A stretch of DNA of 64,000 nucleotides from assembly GCA_963750165.1 (NCBI GenBank), contig CAVVPN010000004.1, forward strand, positions 64,001-128,000. Reading direction: 5' to 3'. Below the pieces are notes generated by a model, which was not told the origin of the DNA, did no database searches, and was given only the letters and a program-made list of their open reading frames with translations. Shown here piece by piece: positions 10,686 through 19,727 of this stretch (position 1 is its first letter; every line of letters begins with the position of its first letter). The translations under genes were made by a program, and so were the position numbers. The stretch is from an uncultured Gemmataceae bacterium (GTDB taxonomy: Bacteria > Planctomycetota > Planctomycetia > Gemmatales > Gemmataceae).

Positions 10686-10745
10686 CGTGGGGCGGGCTTT
10701 CCAGCCTGCCGAGCCGCTACGGCAGGCTGGAAAGCCTGCCCCACG
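10686..10745. repeat. REP-like palindrome
   Basis: CGTGGGGCGGGCTTTCCAGCCTGCCG ... CGGCAGGCTGGAAAGCCTGCCCCACG inverted repeat. Confidence 0.8.
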
Positions 10746-10871
10746 TTCCCCAACCTGGAAACCGCGAACGTCCCTGCCGTGGGATACGATAATTCTTGCC
10801 CGGCGGGCGGAGTCGTGGAATGCTGGAGCAACCGTGAGAACCACCACACACTTCGCCCCGGAGGAACCCCC

Positions 10872-11873
10872 ATGAGCAGCGCCCACGCTTTGAAAGTCCG
10901 CTGGTTCGCCGGCGGCGTCGTGACCGCCGTGCTGGCTGCGGTCTTGCTGGGCGGCATGGCCGGCCAGTCGCAGCCGGACCCGAACGCGCCCGCCCCCAAA
11001 TTGCGGCAGCCCCCCGCCGCCAAAATCCCCGATGACGGCAAGCTGCGCATCATCGCCTTCGGCGCCCACCCCGACGACTGCGAACTGAAGGTGGCCGGCA
11101 CGGCGGCGAAGTGGGCAGCCCTCGGCCATCACGTCAAGTTCGTCTCGGTGACCAACGGCGACGTGGGCCACTGGGGTCAGGCCGGCGGCCCGCTCGCCAA
11201 CCGCCGCCGCGCCGAGGTCGAGAAATGTGCGAAAATCCTGGGCACTCACGCGCAGGTGCTGGACATTCACGACGGCGAACTGCTGCCGACTCTGGAACAC
11301 CGTCGCACCATCACGCGGCTGATCCGCGACTGGAAGGCCGACCTGGTGCTCAGCCATCGGCCCAACGACTACCACCCCGATCACCGCAACGTCGGCATTC
11401 TGGTGCAGGACGCGGCCTACATGGTCACGGTGCCGCACTTCTGCCCGGACACGCCGTACCTGAAGAACAACCCCGTTTTTCTCTACTACGAGGACCGCTT
11501 CACCAAACCGACGCGGTTTTCCGCGGACATCATCGTGGCCATCGACGACGTGATCGAGAAGAAGTTCGCGGCGGTGGCGGCGCTGGAGTCGCAGTTCTAC
11601 GAAGGCGGCTGCAACGGCGGCCCGCAGCTGGTGCCGGATCCCAGCAACAAGGCGGCCGTTGCCCTGCGCCGCAAGCAGGTACGCGATGGCTTCGACCAGC
11701 GCTTCCTGGCGACTGCCCAGCGCTTCCGCCTGCCGCTGCTGGAGTGGTACGGCGCCGATGCGGGAAAGCAGGTTCGCTACGCCGAGGCGTTTGAGATTTG
11801 CGAGTACGGCCGGATGCCGGGCAGGAAGGAGATCCGCAAACTGTTCCCGTTCCTTCCGGCGGCAGGAAAATAA
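10872..11873 (+). CDS. PIG-L/LmbE family deacetylase with signal peptide
   Basis: GAHPDD and HPDH metal motifs, AEAFE near the C-terminus, GGAGG RBS before ATG 10872. Confidence 0.9.
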   Translation: MSSAHALKVRWFAGGVVTAVLAAVLLGGMAGQSQPDPNAPAPKLRQPPAAKIPDDGKLRIIAFGAHPDDCELKVAGTAAKWAALGHHVKFVSVTNGDVGHWGQAGGPLANRRRAEVEKCAKILGTHAQVLDIHDGELLPTLEHRRTITRLIRDWKADLVLSHRPNDYHPDHRNVGILVQDAAYMVTVPHFCPDTPYLKNNPVFLYYEDRFTKPTRFSADIIVAIDDVIEKKFAAVAALESQFYEGGCNGGPQLVPDPSNKAAVALRRKQVRDGFDQRFLATAQRFRLPLLEWYGADAGKQVRYAEAFEICEYGRMPGRKEIRKLFPFLPAAGK

Positions 11874-11930
11874 AAGACGAATCACGAAAACACGACAGGA
11901 CGAAAACACGACAGAGAAAAAAAGGAGGGG

Positions 11931-12581
11931 ATGATGGACGTGCTGGCGGGGCTGCGCGCGGCGATGGTGGAGGTAGAGGCGTTCTACAAGGAGCGCGGCA
12001 TTTTTCAGGACAGGTTTGGCTTTGGCAGGCGACCGGCGCTGGTGGTCATCGACATGGCCTACGGCTGGACCGACCCGGCCTACGCCGGCGGCTCCGCCCG
12101 GCTCGATGCGGCGGTCGCGGCCCTGCAGCGGTTGCTGCCGGCGGCCCGCAGCAAGGACGTGCCGATCTTCTACACCACCTCCGCCGTGACCGGGCCGATG
12201 CTCAAGTCCGCCGCGGATTTCTCGCCGAAATTCCGGGCGTGGGATCAGCGCGCCTGTGAGATCGACGAGCGCGTGCGGCCGTTGCCGACGGACATCGTAC
12301 TGTTCAAGGAGCACGCCAGCGCCTTCGCGAGCACGCCGCTGGTCGGACACCTGATCGGCCACGGCGTCGATACGCTGCTCATCAGCGGCTGCTCGACCAG
12401 CGCCTGCGTCCGCGCCACCGCCACCGACGCCAAGAGCATGCAACTGCGGCCGATCATCGTCCGCGAGGCGGTGCAGGACCGCTCCGAGGTCGCGCACGAG
12501 TGGACGCTGTTTGACATTCAGGCGCGCTTCGCGGATGTGGTCAGTTTGGAGGAGACGCTGGCGTACCTGAAGGGATTGTAG
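11931..12581 (+). CDS. Isochorismatase-family cysteine hydrolase (N-carbamoylsarcosine amidase / maleamate amidohydrolase-like)
   Basis: GFGRRPALVVID, K..ASAF, GCSTSACVRATATDA. Confidence 0.88.
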   Translation: MMDVLAGLRAAMVEVEAFYKERGIFQDRFGFGRRPALVVIDMAYGWTDPAYAGGSARLDAAVAALQRLLPAARSKDVPIFYTTSAVTGPMLKSAADFSPKFRAWDQRACEIDERVRPLPTDIVLFKEHASAFASTPLVGHLIGHGVDTLLISGCSTSACVRATATDAKSMQLRPIIVREAVQDRSEVAHEWTLFDIQARFADVVSLEETLAYLKGL

Positions 12582-12648
12582 ATCGCTTGCCCGCTTCATC
12601 GGTTCGCGCTGGCCAGCGCGAACCGATGAATCGGGCAAGCGATCTACA
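12577..12648. repeat. 72-bp near-perfect palindrome (REP-like / bidirectional terminator) containing both convergent stop codons
   Basis: TGTAGATCGCTTGCCCG(C)TTCATCGGTTCGCGCTGG / CCAGCGCGAACCGATGAA(T)CGGGCAAGCGATCTACA. Confidence 0.85.
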
Positions 12649-14981
12649 GCCGCGCCCGCCGCAGCCGCAGCGCGTTCGCCACCACCGACAGCGAACTCAG
12701 GCTCATCGCGACACTGGCCCAGATCGGGCTGACGAGCACGCCCAGCACCGGATACAGCACCCCCGCCGCCACCGGCACGCTCACCACGTTGTACACGAAC
12801 GCCAGGACCAGGTTCTGCCGGATGTTGTTCATCGTGGCCCCACTCAGGCGGCGAGCGCGGGCCACCGCCCGCAGGTCGCCGCGCACCAGCGTGACGCCGG
12901 CGCTCTCCAGCGCCACGTCAGTGCCGGTGCCCAGCGCGATGCCCACCTGCGCCTGTGCCAGCGCCGGCGCGTCGTTGACGCCGTCGCCCGCCATCGCCAC
13001 GAAGCGGCCCTCCTGCTGCAATCGCCGCACCACCTCACGCTTCTCGGCTGGCAGTACCTCGGCGATCACCTCGTCAATGCCGAGTCGTCGCGCCACGGCC
13101 TCCGCGGTAGCGCGGCTGTCGCCCGTCAGCATGATGATGCGCAGCCCGTCCGCGTGCAGCAGCTGGAGGGCCTCCGGCGTCGAGGGCCGAATCGGGTCGG
13201 CGACGCGCAGCAGCCCGGCGAAGCGGCCGTCCACCGCCGCCAGGAGCACCGTCTCGCCGTCCCGGCGCAGGGTGTCCAGGCGCTCGCGCAACGGTTCGGC
13301 GTCAACGCCGTGCTCCGCCAGCAGGGCGGCGTTGCCCAGCACCACCGTGCGACCCTCGACCCGGGCCAGCACGCCCTTGCCCGGCACCGATTGAAAGTCC
13401 TGCGCCGTCGCGGGCTGCAGGCCGCGCGCTTCGGCACCCTTCACGATGGCCGCCGCCAGTGGGTGTTCGCTGCCGCGCTCCACCCCCGCGGCCAGGCGCA
13501 GCAGTTCCTCCTGCGAAAAGCCCTCGGCCGGCTCAACGCCCACCAGTTCGGGCTTGCCCGCGGTGAGCGTGCCGGTCTTGTCCACGACCAGCGTGTCGGC
13601 GCGGTGCAGCGTCTCCAGGGCCTCGGCGTTGCGGAAGAGCACGCCCGCCTCGGCGCCGCGGCCGGTGCCGACCATGACCGCCAGCGGCGTTGCCAGCCCC
13701 AGCGCACACGGACAGGCGATGATGAGCACCGCGACCGCGCTCACCAGCGCATGCGCCAGCCGCGGCGCCGGCCCCCACCCGGCCCAGGCCGCGAAGGTCA
13801 CGACCGCGACGCCGAGCACCGCCGGCACGAAAACGGCCGCCACACGGTTGACCAGGCGCTCCACCGGCGCCCGGCTGCGCTGCGCCTCGCCGACCATCCG
13901 GACGATCTGTGACAACAGGGTGTCACTGCCGACGCGCTGCGCTCGCATCAGCAGACCACCGCTGCCGTTGACCGTACCGCCCGTGACTGCGGCCCCCGCC
14001 GCCTTTTCCACCGGGATCGGCTCGCCGGTCAGCATCGACTCGTCCACGGCGCTGCGACCCTCGACGACGGCACCGTCCACGGGGATTTTCTCGCCGGGCC
14101 GCACACGTAGCAGATCGCCGGGCTTGACGCGGTCCAGCGGGATGTCTTCCTCGCGGCCGTCGGGGCGGACGAGGCGGGCGGTCTTCGGAGCCTGGCCGAG
14201 CAAGCGGCGAATGGCGCCAGTGGTCTGCGCCGCGCCCGCAGTTCCAGCACCTGGCCGAGCAGTACCAGCACCGTCACCACCGCCGCGGTGTCGAAGTACG
14301 GCTCGACGGCGCCGGCCAGCGTGCGGAAGCCCTCCGGGAAGGCGCCCGGCGCCACCGTGGCGGCGACGCTGTAGAGGAACGCGGCGCCGACGCCCAGCGC
14401 GATCAGCGTGAACATATTTGGGCTGCGGTTCACGACGGACCGCCAGGCCCGCACGAAGAACGGCCAGCCGCACCACAGCACCACGGGCGCTGTCAGCGCC
14501 AGCTGCAGCCAGTTGAGCGCCTGCATGTCGAGGTGGTGCAGCGGACTGCCCGGCAACATGCCGGTCATGGCGATGAGGAAGGCCGGCAGGCTCAGCATCA
14601 GGCCGACCCAGAAGCGCCGGCTCATGTCCGCCAGCTCGGGGTTGGGGCCGGCGTCCACGGTCGGCGTTTCGGGTTCGAGGGCCATGCCGCACTTCGGGCA
14701 GGCGCCGGGTGGTCCTGGCGTACCTCCGGGTCCATCGGGCAGACGTAGACGGTGCCGGGCGCGGGCGGCGGCGCCGGCGTGGCAGCGGCCGGGGAGGGGT
14801 GCAGGTAGCGCTCGGGGTCGGCCTGGAATTTCGCCAGGCAGGAGGGGCAGCAGAAGTAATAGCGCTGACCCTGGTACTCGGTGGACGCGCGGGCGTCGGC
14901 CGGATCGACCGACATGCCGCACACCGGGTCCGTGGCCAGGTTTGACGGGCGCAGCGACAGTTGCAGACGCGGCGGTTGCAT
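12644..14981 (-). CDS. copA: Heavy-metal (Cu+) P1B-type ATPase with YHS and heavy-metal-binding N-terminus; two frameshifts (~14710, ~14230)
   Basis: DPVCGM...YYFCCPSC (YHS), YVCPMDPEV...[30 protein letters not shown] and YN...MSLSS, spread over three frames. Confidence 0.9.
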
Positions 14982-15058
14982 GGCGGTCCTCCTCTTCCTG
15001 GGCGCGGGCGACGTGGCGCTCACACCGCCCTCTATCAGTGTAGGGGCCGCGCTGCTTG

Positions 15059-15082
15059 GTAGCGGAAGTCGCCAGACTTCCG
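15059..15082. repeat. Half copy of the REP-like element also at 55953-56022
   Basis: GTAGCGGAAGTCGCCAGACTTCCG is identical to the left arm of the palindrome at 55958. Confidence 0.75.
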
Positions 15083-15537
15083 GAGCGGCGCCGCACAGGG
15101 CCGAGTCGCGCAAGGGGTTCAAGGCGCTCGACGTGCGCGGGAGCCTCTGACTGAGCTTCACCCGGCGTCGTGAATTTGCTCTGACCGTCACGGATGGTGG
15201 GGCGGCCCTGTCTTTACGCCGAAGCAGTGGTGCCAGGATCTTTATTATGAAGCGGGAGGCTCGAGCCGGGTGATCCGGGGCGGGAGTTGGGGCGGCCATG
15301 GCGTGGACTGCGCAGCGTCGTACCGCAGCAGGGACGAGCCGGACGGCAGCAGCTACTTTGTGGGCTTCCGCCTCCTCGCAGTTCCGTCCGGGAAAAAGTA
15401 GAGCAAGCAGGGCCGCACGGAGCCTGGAGCGGAGGCCGCTGGTCGTCGCCGCGAGCGGAGCGAAGCCGACGACCAGCGTGCCGCAGCGACAGGCGGAAAG
15501 CGCCGCATAAGTGGTTCAGCCGTGCGGGGTCGGTGGA

Positions 15538-15566
15538 TTGCGGGGCAAGCTTGACCGCTATATACT
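15538..15566 (+). promoter_or_regulatory. Putative promoter for a leaderless transcript
   Basis: TTGCGG-N17-TATACT ending 6 nt before ATG 15573, with no RBS. Confidence 0.45.
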
Positions 15567-15572
15567 GGGCGA

Positions 15573-15869
15573 ATGAGCCAGGCCATCCGCGAGGTCGATC
15601 CGGGTGAGTTGCGGCTGCCGCCGAGCCGGGCCAGCGGCGCCGATCCGTGGAAACTGCACCAGCAAATCCGGAAGTTCGGCGCTTCCCGGGACGGGATGCC
15701 CCCCATCTTCGTGCAGGAGGATCCGGATGGCGTTCTGGAGATCTCCGACGGCGTGACTCGGGCCACCCGGATCGCGAAGCTCGCGCCGGGCGAGACGGTG
15801 CCCGTCGTGGTGATCGGACACTATCGCCGGAGCCGGGCCAGTTCCCCGCGCGTAAGGGACCGGATATGA
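15573..15869 (+). CDS. Small ParB/Srx-like protein
   Basis: GMPPIFV...EISDGVTRATRIAKL...TVPV resembles the ParB N-terminal DGxxR motif. Confidence 0.65.
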   Translation: MSQAIREVDPGELRLPPSRASGADPWKLHQQIRKFGASRDGMPPIFVQEDPDGVLEISDGVTRATRIAKLAPGETVPVVVIGHYRRSRASSPRVRDRI

Positions 15870-16100
15870 ACGAGAACGACATCCGGGCGGAGTTGTTCGC
15901 CGCCCTGCGAGAATTGTCCGAGGTCGTCCCCGAGATGCGCCGGGCAACTCGTGGCCGCCGTCGGGGAATTGTGTGCCGACCTCCACGGGCGCGGCCTGTG
16001 GGACGCCGCCGACGCCGAGTTACTGGAAGCCGTCTGGCAGTTCCGCCGCAATTTCGAGTCGGCCACGGCCAGCGCGGAAGGGAAAAGTGAGTCGGCGTGA
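15866..16100 (+). CDS. Small helical protein (YihD/DUF1040-like); frameshift near 15940
   Basis: ATGA overlap. MNENDIRAELFAALRELSEVVPEMR joins, after a shift, GQLVAAVGELCADLHGRGLWDAADAELLEAVWQFRR...ESA*. Confidence 0.55.
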
Positions 16101-16597
16101 ACTTGTCGCACACTTTACCCCAGGATGAGTTGCAACTGGCCCGGTTGACGGCCGCGAAACTGGCCCGGGTGATGCACGGCCTCATGTCGGTGGGCACGGC
16201 CTCTCTGGAAATGGCGTCGCCGACGGATTTCCTCGCGGGCCGGGAGCAGGTGCCCCTGGGCTTCCTGGAAGTGCTCCGCTGCGTCGGCGTGAAACCCGGG
16301 CATGCCGACAAGGTCGAATTGCTGCGGCAGCCGGTGCAGCAACTCACCGACCTGGCGAGGCAATTTCACGGCAGTTTCCTGGAACTGGCTCACTGGCGCA
16401 GCCTGCCGCCCGAGGATCTGCACGCCGCGCTTGACCGCCTTGGCGACTGCTACCTTCAGTTCTGCCGCGGGTTAGAAACGTTCTGCTCCCTGCTGGGGAT
16501 GGAGGCGAACTACTCCGATCAGGCACGGCAAGATCGCGCCCTGCTGGAAGGCTTTTTCCAGACACTCCCCGTGCCGCAGGCGGCACCCACCACTTGA
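16097..16597 (+). CDS. Hypothetical all-helical protein
   Basis: GTGA overlap with the previous gene; 166-aa ORF with amphipathic helices. Confidence 0.6.
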   Translation: MNLSHTLPQDELQLARLTAAKLARVMHGLMSVGTASLEMASPTDFLAGREQVPLGFLEVLRCVGVKPGHADKVELLRQPVQQLTDLARQFHGSFLELAHWRSLPPEDLHAALDRLGDCYLQFCRGLETFCSLLGMEANYSDQARQDRALLEGFFQTLPVPQAAPTT

Positions 16598-16661
16598 GGC
16601 GTCGCTCGGTAGCCCAAGTCGTGCGACCGCGGACAGCGCGTCCGAAGTCGCACGACTCCGG

Positions 16662-18035
16662 CTACCCGGGGCGCTGCTGCGGCGGCGGCGCCGGCGGCTG
16701 CTCCAACCGCACCAGCGTCCACTGCTGCGTGCGGTCGGTGCCGAAATGCACGAGCATGTTCGTCTGCGGCTGCGTCAGGTTGCCGATGCCCGTCTCGTAC
16801 ACCACGTCCTTGCGGTCGCCGATGATCCAGGCGGCCCGCTGCGTCTTCGGATCAACGCTGCCAAACACCGGCAATGAGGTGTCGCTCAGGGCGTTGTAGT
16901 AGTTGCCGCGGAGGACGCCGTTCGCGTTGATCGCCAGCTGGAAGATGTGCGTGGCCTCCTTCTCGTCGCTCTGGATGGCGCCGAAGACGCCCAGCGGCTC
17001 CCACGGCCCGTTGTCCGGCGCCGGTGCCTGCACGCCCTGCTGCGCCAGGGCGGCGGCCTGCTGGGCGTACTGGTCGGCGGTGGTGATCGGGGCGCCGTTG
17101 TAATATACGTTGTTGCCCTGATACACAAGGGTGCCGCCGTAGTCGTAATAGATGGGCACCACCGGGAAGCGGCAGAAGTTCACCAGCCGGTTCCAGTTCA
17201 CGAAGTTCCAGTAGGCCAGCGGGCTCCAGCCGAACGGCCGCCAGGCGCGCGGGTGAGCAGTGTACCACGTCGGCGAGAAGTAGTGGTAGTGCGCGAAGTT
17301 TCGGCGGACGTAGTTGGCGCGATTGTACAGCGCGTAGTTGTTGACGAAGGTGGTGTGGTGACCGACCGCGACCGGCCGGGCGATCGGGTAGTGGACACCG
17401 TGGTAGGGCCCGACGGTGACCCGCGGCGTGATCACGACATGGCTGCCCGGCCCCACTACCGCGGGCGGCCTCGGCGTGACCACGGGGCGCGGCGTGACCA
17501 CCGGCCGCGGTGTGACCACCGGCCGCGGTGTGACCACCGGCCGCGGTGTGACCACGGGGCGCGGCGTGACCACCGGCCGCGGCCCCGGCCCCACGACTGT
17601 GACCGGGCGGTGGACCGCGACGCCGCCGCCGTGGGGGCCGACCACGACGCCGCGGCGCTGGTGAACGACCGGGTGATGGACCACGACGCTGTGGCTCTCG
17701 TGAACGACTGGGTGGTGGACCACGACGTTGTGGCTCTGGTGAACAACCGGGCGGTGGACCGCGACGCCGCCGTGGGGGCCGACCACGACGCTGTGGCTCT
17801 GGTGAACGACCGGGTGATGGACCGCGACGCTGTGGCTCTGGTGAACGACCGGGTGATGGACCGCGACGCTGTGGCTCTGGTGAACGACCGGGTGATGGAC
17901 CGCGACGCCGCCGTGGGGGCCGACCACGACGCTGTGGGCCGGGCGGTGGACCACGCGCTGACCGCGCAGTTCCGCGTCCGCCGCGAAGAACGCCGCCGCC
18001 AGCAGCCCCGCCACCACGAGTAAGCGCTTGCTCAT
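16662..18035 (-). CDS. Secreted protocadherin-like planctomycete protein with His/Val-rich and VVTPRP repeats
   Basis: GAGG RBS and signal peptide MSKRLLVVAGLLAAAFFA. The C-domain reads YYDYG...WEPLGVF...FQLAINANGVLRGNYY...QRAAW...ETGIGNLT...QQWTLVRL. Confidence 0.8.
   Translation of the reverse strand: MSKRLLVVAGLLAAAFFAADAELRGQRVVHRPAHSVVVGPHGGVAVHHPVVHQSHSVAVHHPVVHQSHSVAVHHPVVHQSHSVVVGPHGGVAVHRPVVHQSHNVVVHHPVVHESHSVVVHHPVVHQRRGVVVGPHGGGVAVHRPVTVVGPGPRPVVTPRPVVTPRPVVTPRPVVTPRPVVTPRPVVTPRPPAVVGPGSHVVITPRVTVGPYHGVHYPIARPVAVGHHTTFVNNYALYNRANYVRRNFAHYHYFSPTWYTAHPRAWRPFGWSPLAYWNFVNWNRLVNFCRFPVVPIYYDYGGTLVYQGNNVYYNGAPITTADQYAQQAAALAQQGVQAPAPDNGPWEPLGVFGAIQSDEKEATHIFQLAINANGVLRGNYYNALSDTSLPVFGSVDPKTQRAAWIIGDRKDVVYETGIGNLTQPQTNMLVHFGTDRTQQWTLVRLEQPPAPPPQQRPG
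17473..17945. repeat. Coding tandem repeats (18-nt VVTPRP x6; 39-nt VVHQSHSVAVHHP-type units)
   Basis: Directly visible repeats such as GGCGTGACCACCGGCCGC and GTGAACGACCGGGTGATGGACCGCGACGCTGTGGCTCTG. Confidence 0.9.
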
Positions 18036-18060
18036 AGATTCCTCCGTTGGGGTTGGGGCT

Positions 18061-18977
18061 TCATTTGACGCGGGTGACCTTGACGGGCGCGATGTTCGGC
18101 AACTCCTCGCCATCGGAGGTGCGGTCGATGGACTGCCAGGTGAAGCTGTCGCGGTCGAGTGGGATCAGCAGGTTCGTGGCCTTGATCTCGGTGCCGTCGG
18201 CGTGGACGCCCGTGGCCTCCTGCGTCCAGCGTTTGCCGTCCCAGGTCCAGACTGCCTCGCCGAAACCGCCCTCGCTGTCAAACACCCACGAGCGCACCTG
18301 GCCGGTGCGCGGATCGCGGCCAATGCGCTGCGTGCCGGAGACGCTGTGGTCGGGGCCCTTGACGGTGAACTGCGCGATGAGGAATTTCTTGGGCTCGTCC
18401 CACGCATAGGTGGTCTTGACCTCCGTGTCCTTGTTTTTGGCGACCCAGCTGCCGACCAGCCAGTTCAGGTCGTTCAGGGAGTGCGGTTCGGTGGGCCAGT
18501 CGCGCAGCACCGCGATCAGCCATTTGCCGTTCTCGCGGACGTGCAGGATGCTGTACTTGCCGGAGGTGATAAAGTCTTTTTTGCCCTGGACGCGGGCATG
18601 ACCCTCCTCGATGGCACTGTCCTTGCTGACGAAGCGCACGGAGTCGGTGGTCATCTCGACCCGCAGACCGGGCGTTTTGGCGAAGTGGTCCTTGTAGGCG
18701 GCCTCGATGGCGGCGCGGCCGCGGATGGTGGCGCCGTTGTCGGCGATGTACTCGCCCTCCGCGGTCCACAGGGCGGCCAGCTTTTTGGCGTTGCTCTTCT
18801 CGACGGCGGCAGCGAACGCCTGCGTGGACTTGACGATGGCTTCACGGTCGGCCTTGCGCTCCTGTTCCTGGGCGCCGGCGCGGCCGTCGGGGGCGTCGGT
18901 TGCGGCAGGGCGCTCCAGCCAGCGGCCAGCAGGCCGACCAGCGCCACCACTGCCCACCTTGAACCTCGGGTGTTCAT
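18061..18977 (-). CDS. SgcJ/EcaC (SnoaL/DUF4440-like NTF2-fold) secreted protein; frameshift near 18880
   Basis: Signal peptide from ATG 18977, then DREAIVKSTQAFAAA...LWTAEGEY...GRAAIEAAY, LNWLVGSW and QVRSWVFDSEGG. Confidence 0.82.
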
Positions 18978-19007
18978 GACGATTCCCTCCGGGGCGATGG
19001 TGATTGT

Positions 19008-19056
19008 CCGAGCCCGAGCGCCAGCGCGGGGCCACCGCGCTGGCGCTCGGGCTCGG
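19008..19056. repeat. REP-like hairpin between co-oriented genes
   Basis: CCGAGCCCGAGCGCCAGCGCGG-GGCCA-CCGCGCTGGCGCTCGGGCTCGG, a perfect 22-bp stem. Confidence 0.8.
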
Positions 19057-19063
19057 CCAGGTA

Positions 19064-19492
19064 TCAGTCCCGGGGCAGTTCCTTGCCGTTGACGGTCTTG
19101 ATGCCGTCGCGACTGACGGCGCCGATGACGTATCGGAAGCCCGGCGCGAGGTCGCGGGTCGATAGGCCGAACGTTACCAGGTTGCCCTTGTCGTCGAGCA
19201 CGGGCTGCAGCGACAGCCTGCTGCCGCGCGTCGTGCTGACGACCAGGATTTCCTTGGTGAAGTCGATCTCCGGCACCTTGCCCGCGACCTTCCACTCCTT
19301 CCACACTTTTTCAAGGGTCTTCGGACCGACGATGACTTGCGGGGCCCCCTGCATCAGCTTCTCGTCCGCGACGGAACCCTTCCACTCCTTGCTGGGTTTG
19401 AGCTTCTTCTTCTGGGCAGGCGCCTCGGATGCCGCCAGCGCGATCAGCGCGACGGCACAGACACCGGCCAGCATGACGGACAAGCGCTTCAT
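19064..19492 (-). CDS. Small secreted hypothetical protein (PrcB C-terminal-like)
   Basis: AGGAGG RBS, signal peptide, KVWKEW...VPEIDFTKEILVV motif. Confidence 0.7.
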   Translation of the reverse strand: MKRLSVMLAGVCAVALIALAASEAPAQKKKLKPSKEWKGSVADEKLMQGAPQVIVGPKTLEKVWKEWKVAGKVPEIDFTKEILVVSTTRGSRLSLQPVLDDKGNLVTFGLSTRDLAPGFRYVIGAVSRDGIKTVNGKELPRD

Positions 19493-19727
19493 GATGCCTC
19501 CTGGGTTTGGATGGGGGAAGGGCCGCCCCTGGGGTGTGAGACAGGAACGATACCCGCGGTGACGATACGGATGGGATAGCGGGAACGGGGCGCTTTTCAA
19601 GGAGGAAAACGCCGCTGGCGGTGGGCACCGCTTGCCCGCGCCGGCCGGGGCGTATAATGGGACACCTTCGTGGCACGGCTCTGGAGAGCCGTGCCACGAA
19701 AAACCAAACCCACAGAGAGTCGCTCGC

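Noticed and set aside
17473..17945. Regular repeats as a CRISPR or non-coding array
   Set aside because: Unit lengths are multiples of three, lack unique spacers and lie in frame within a secreted protein.
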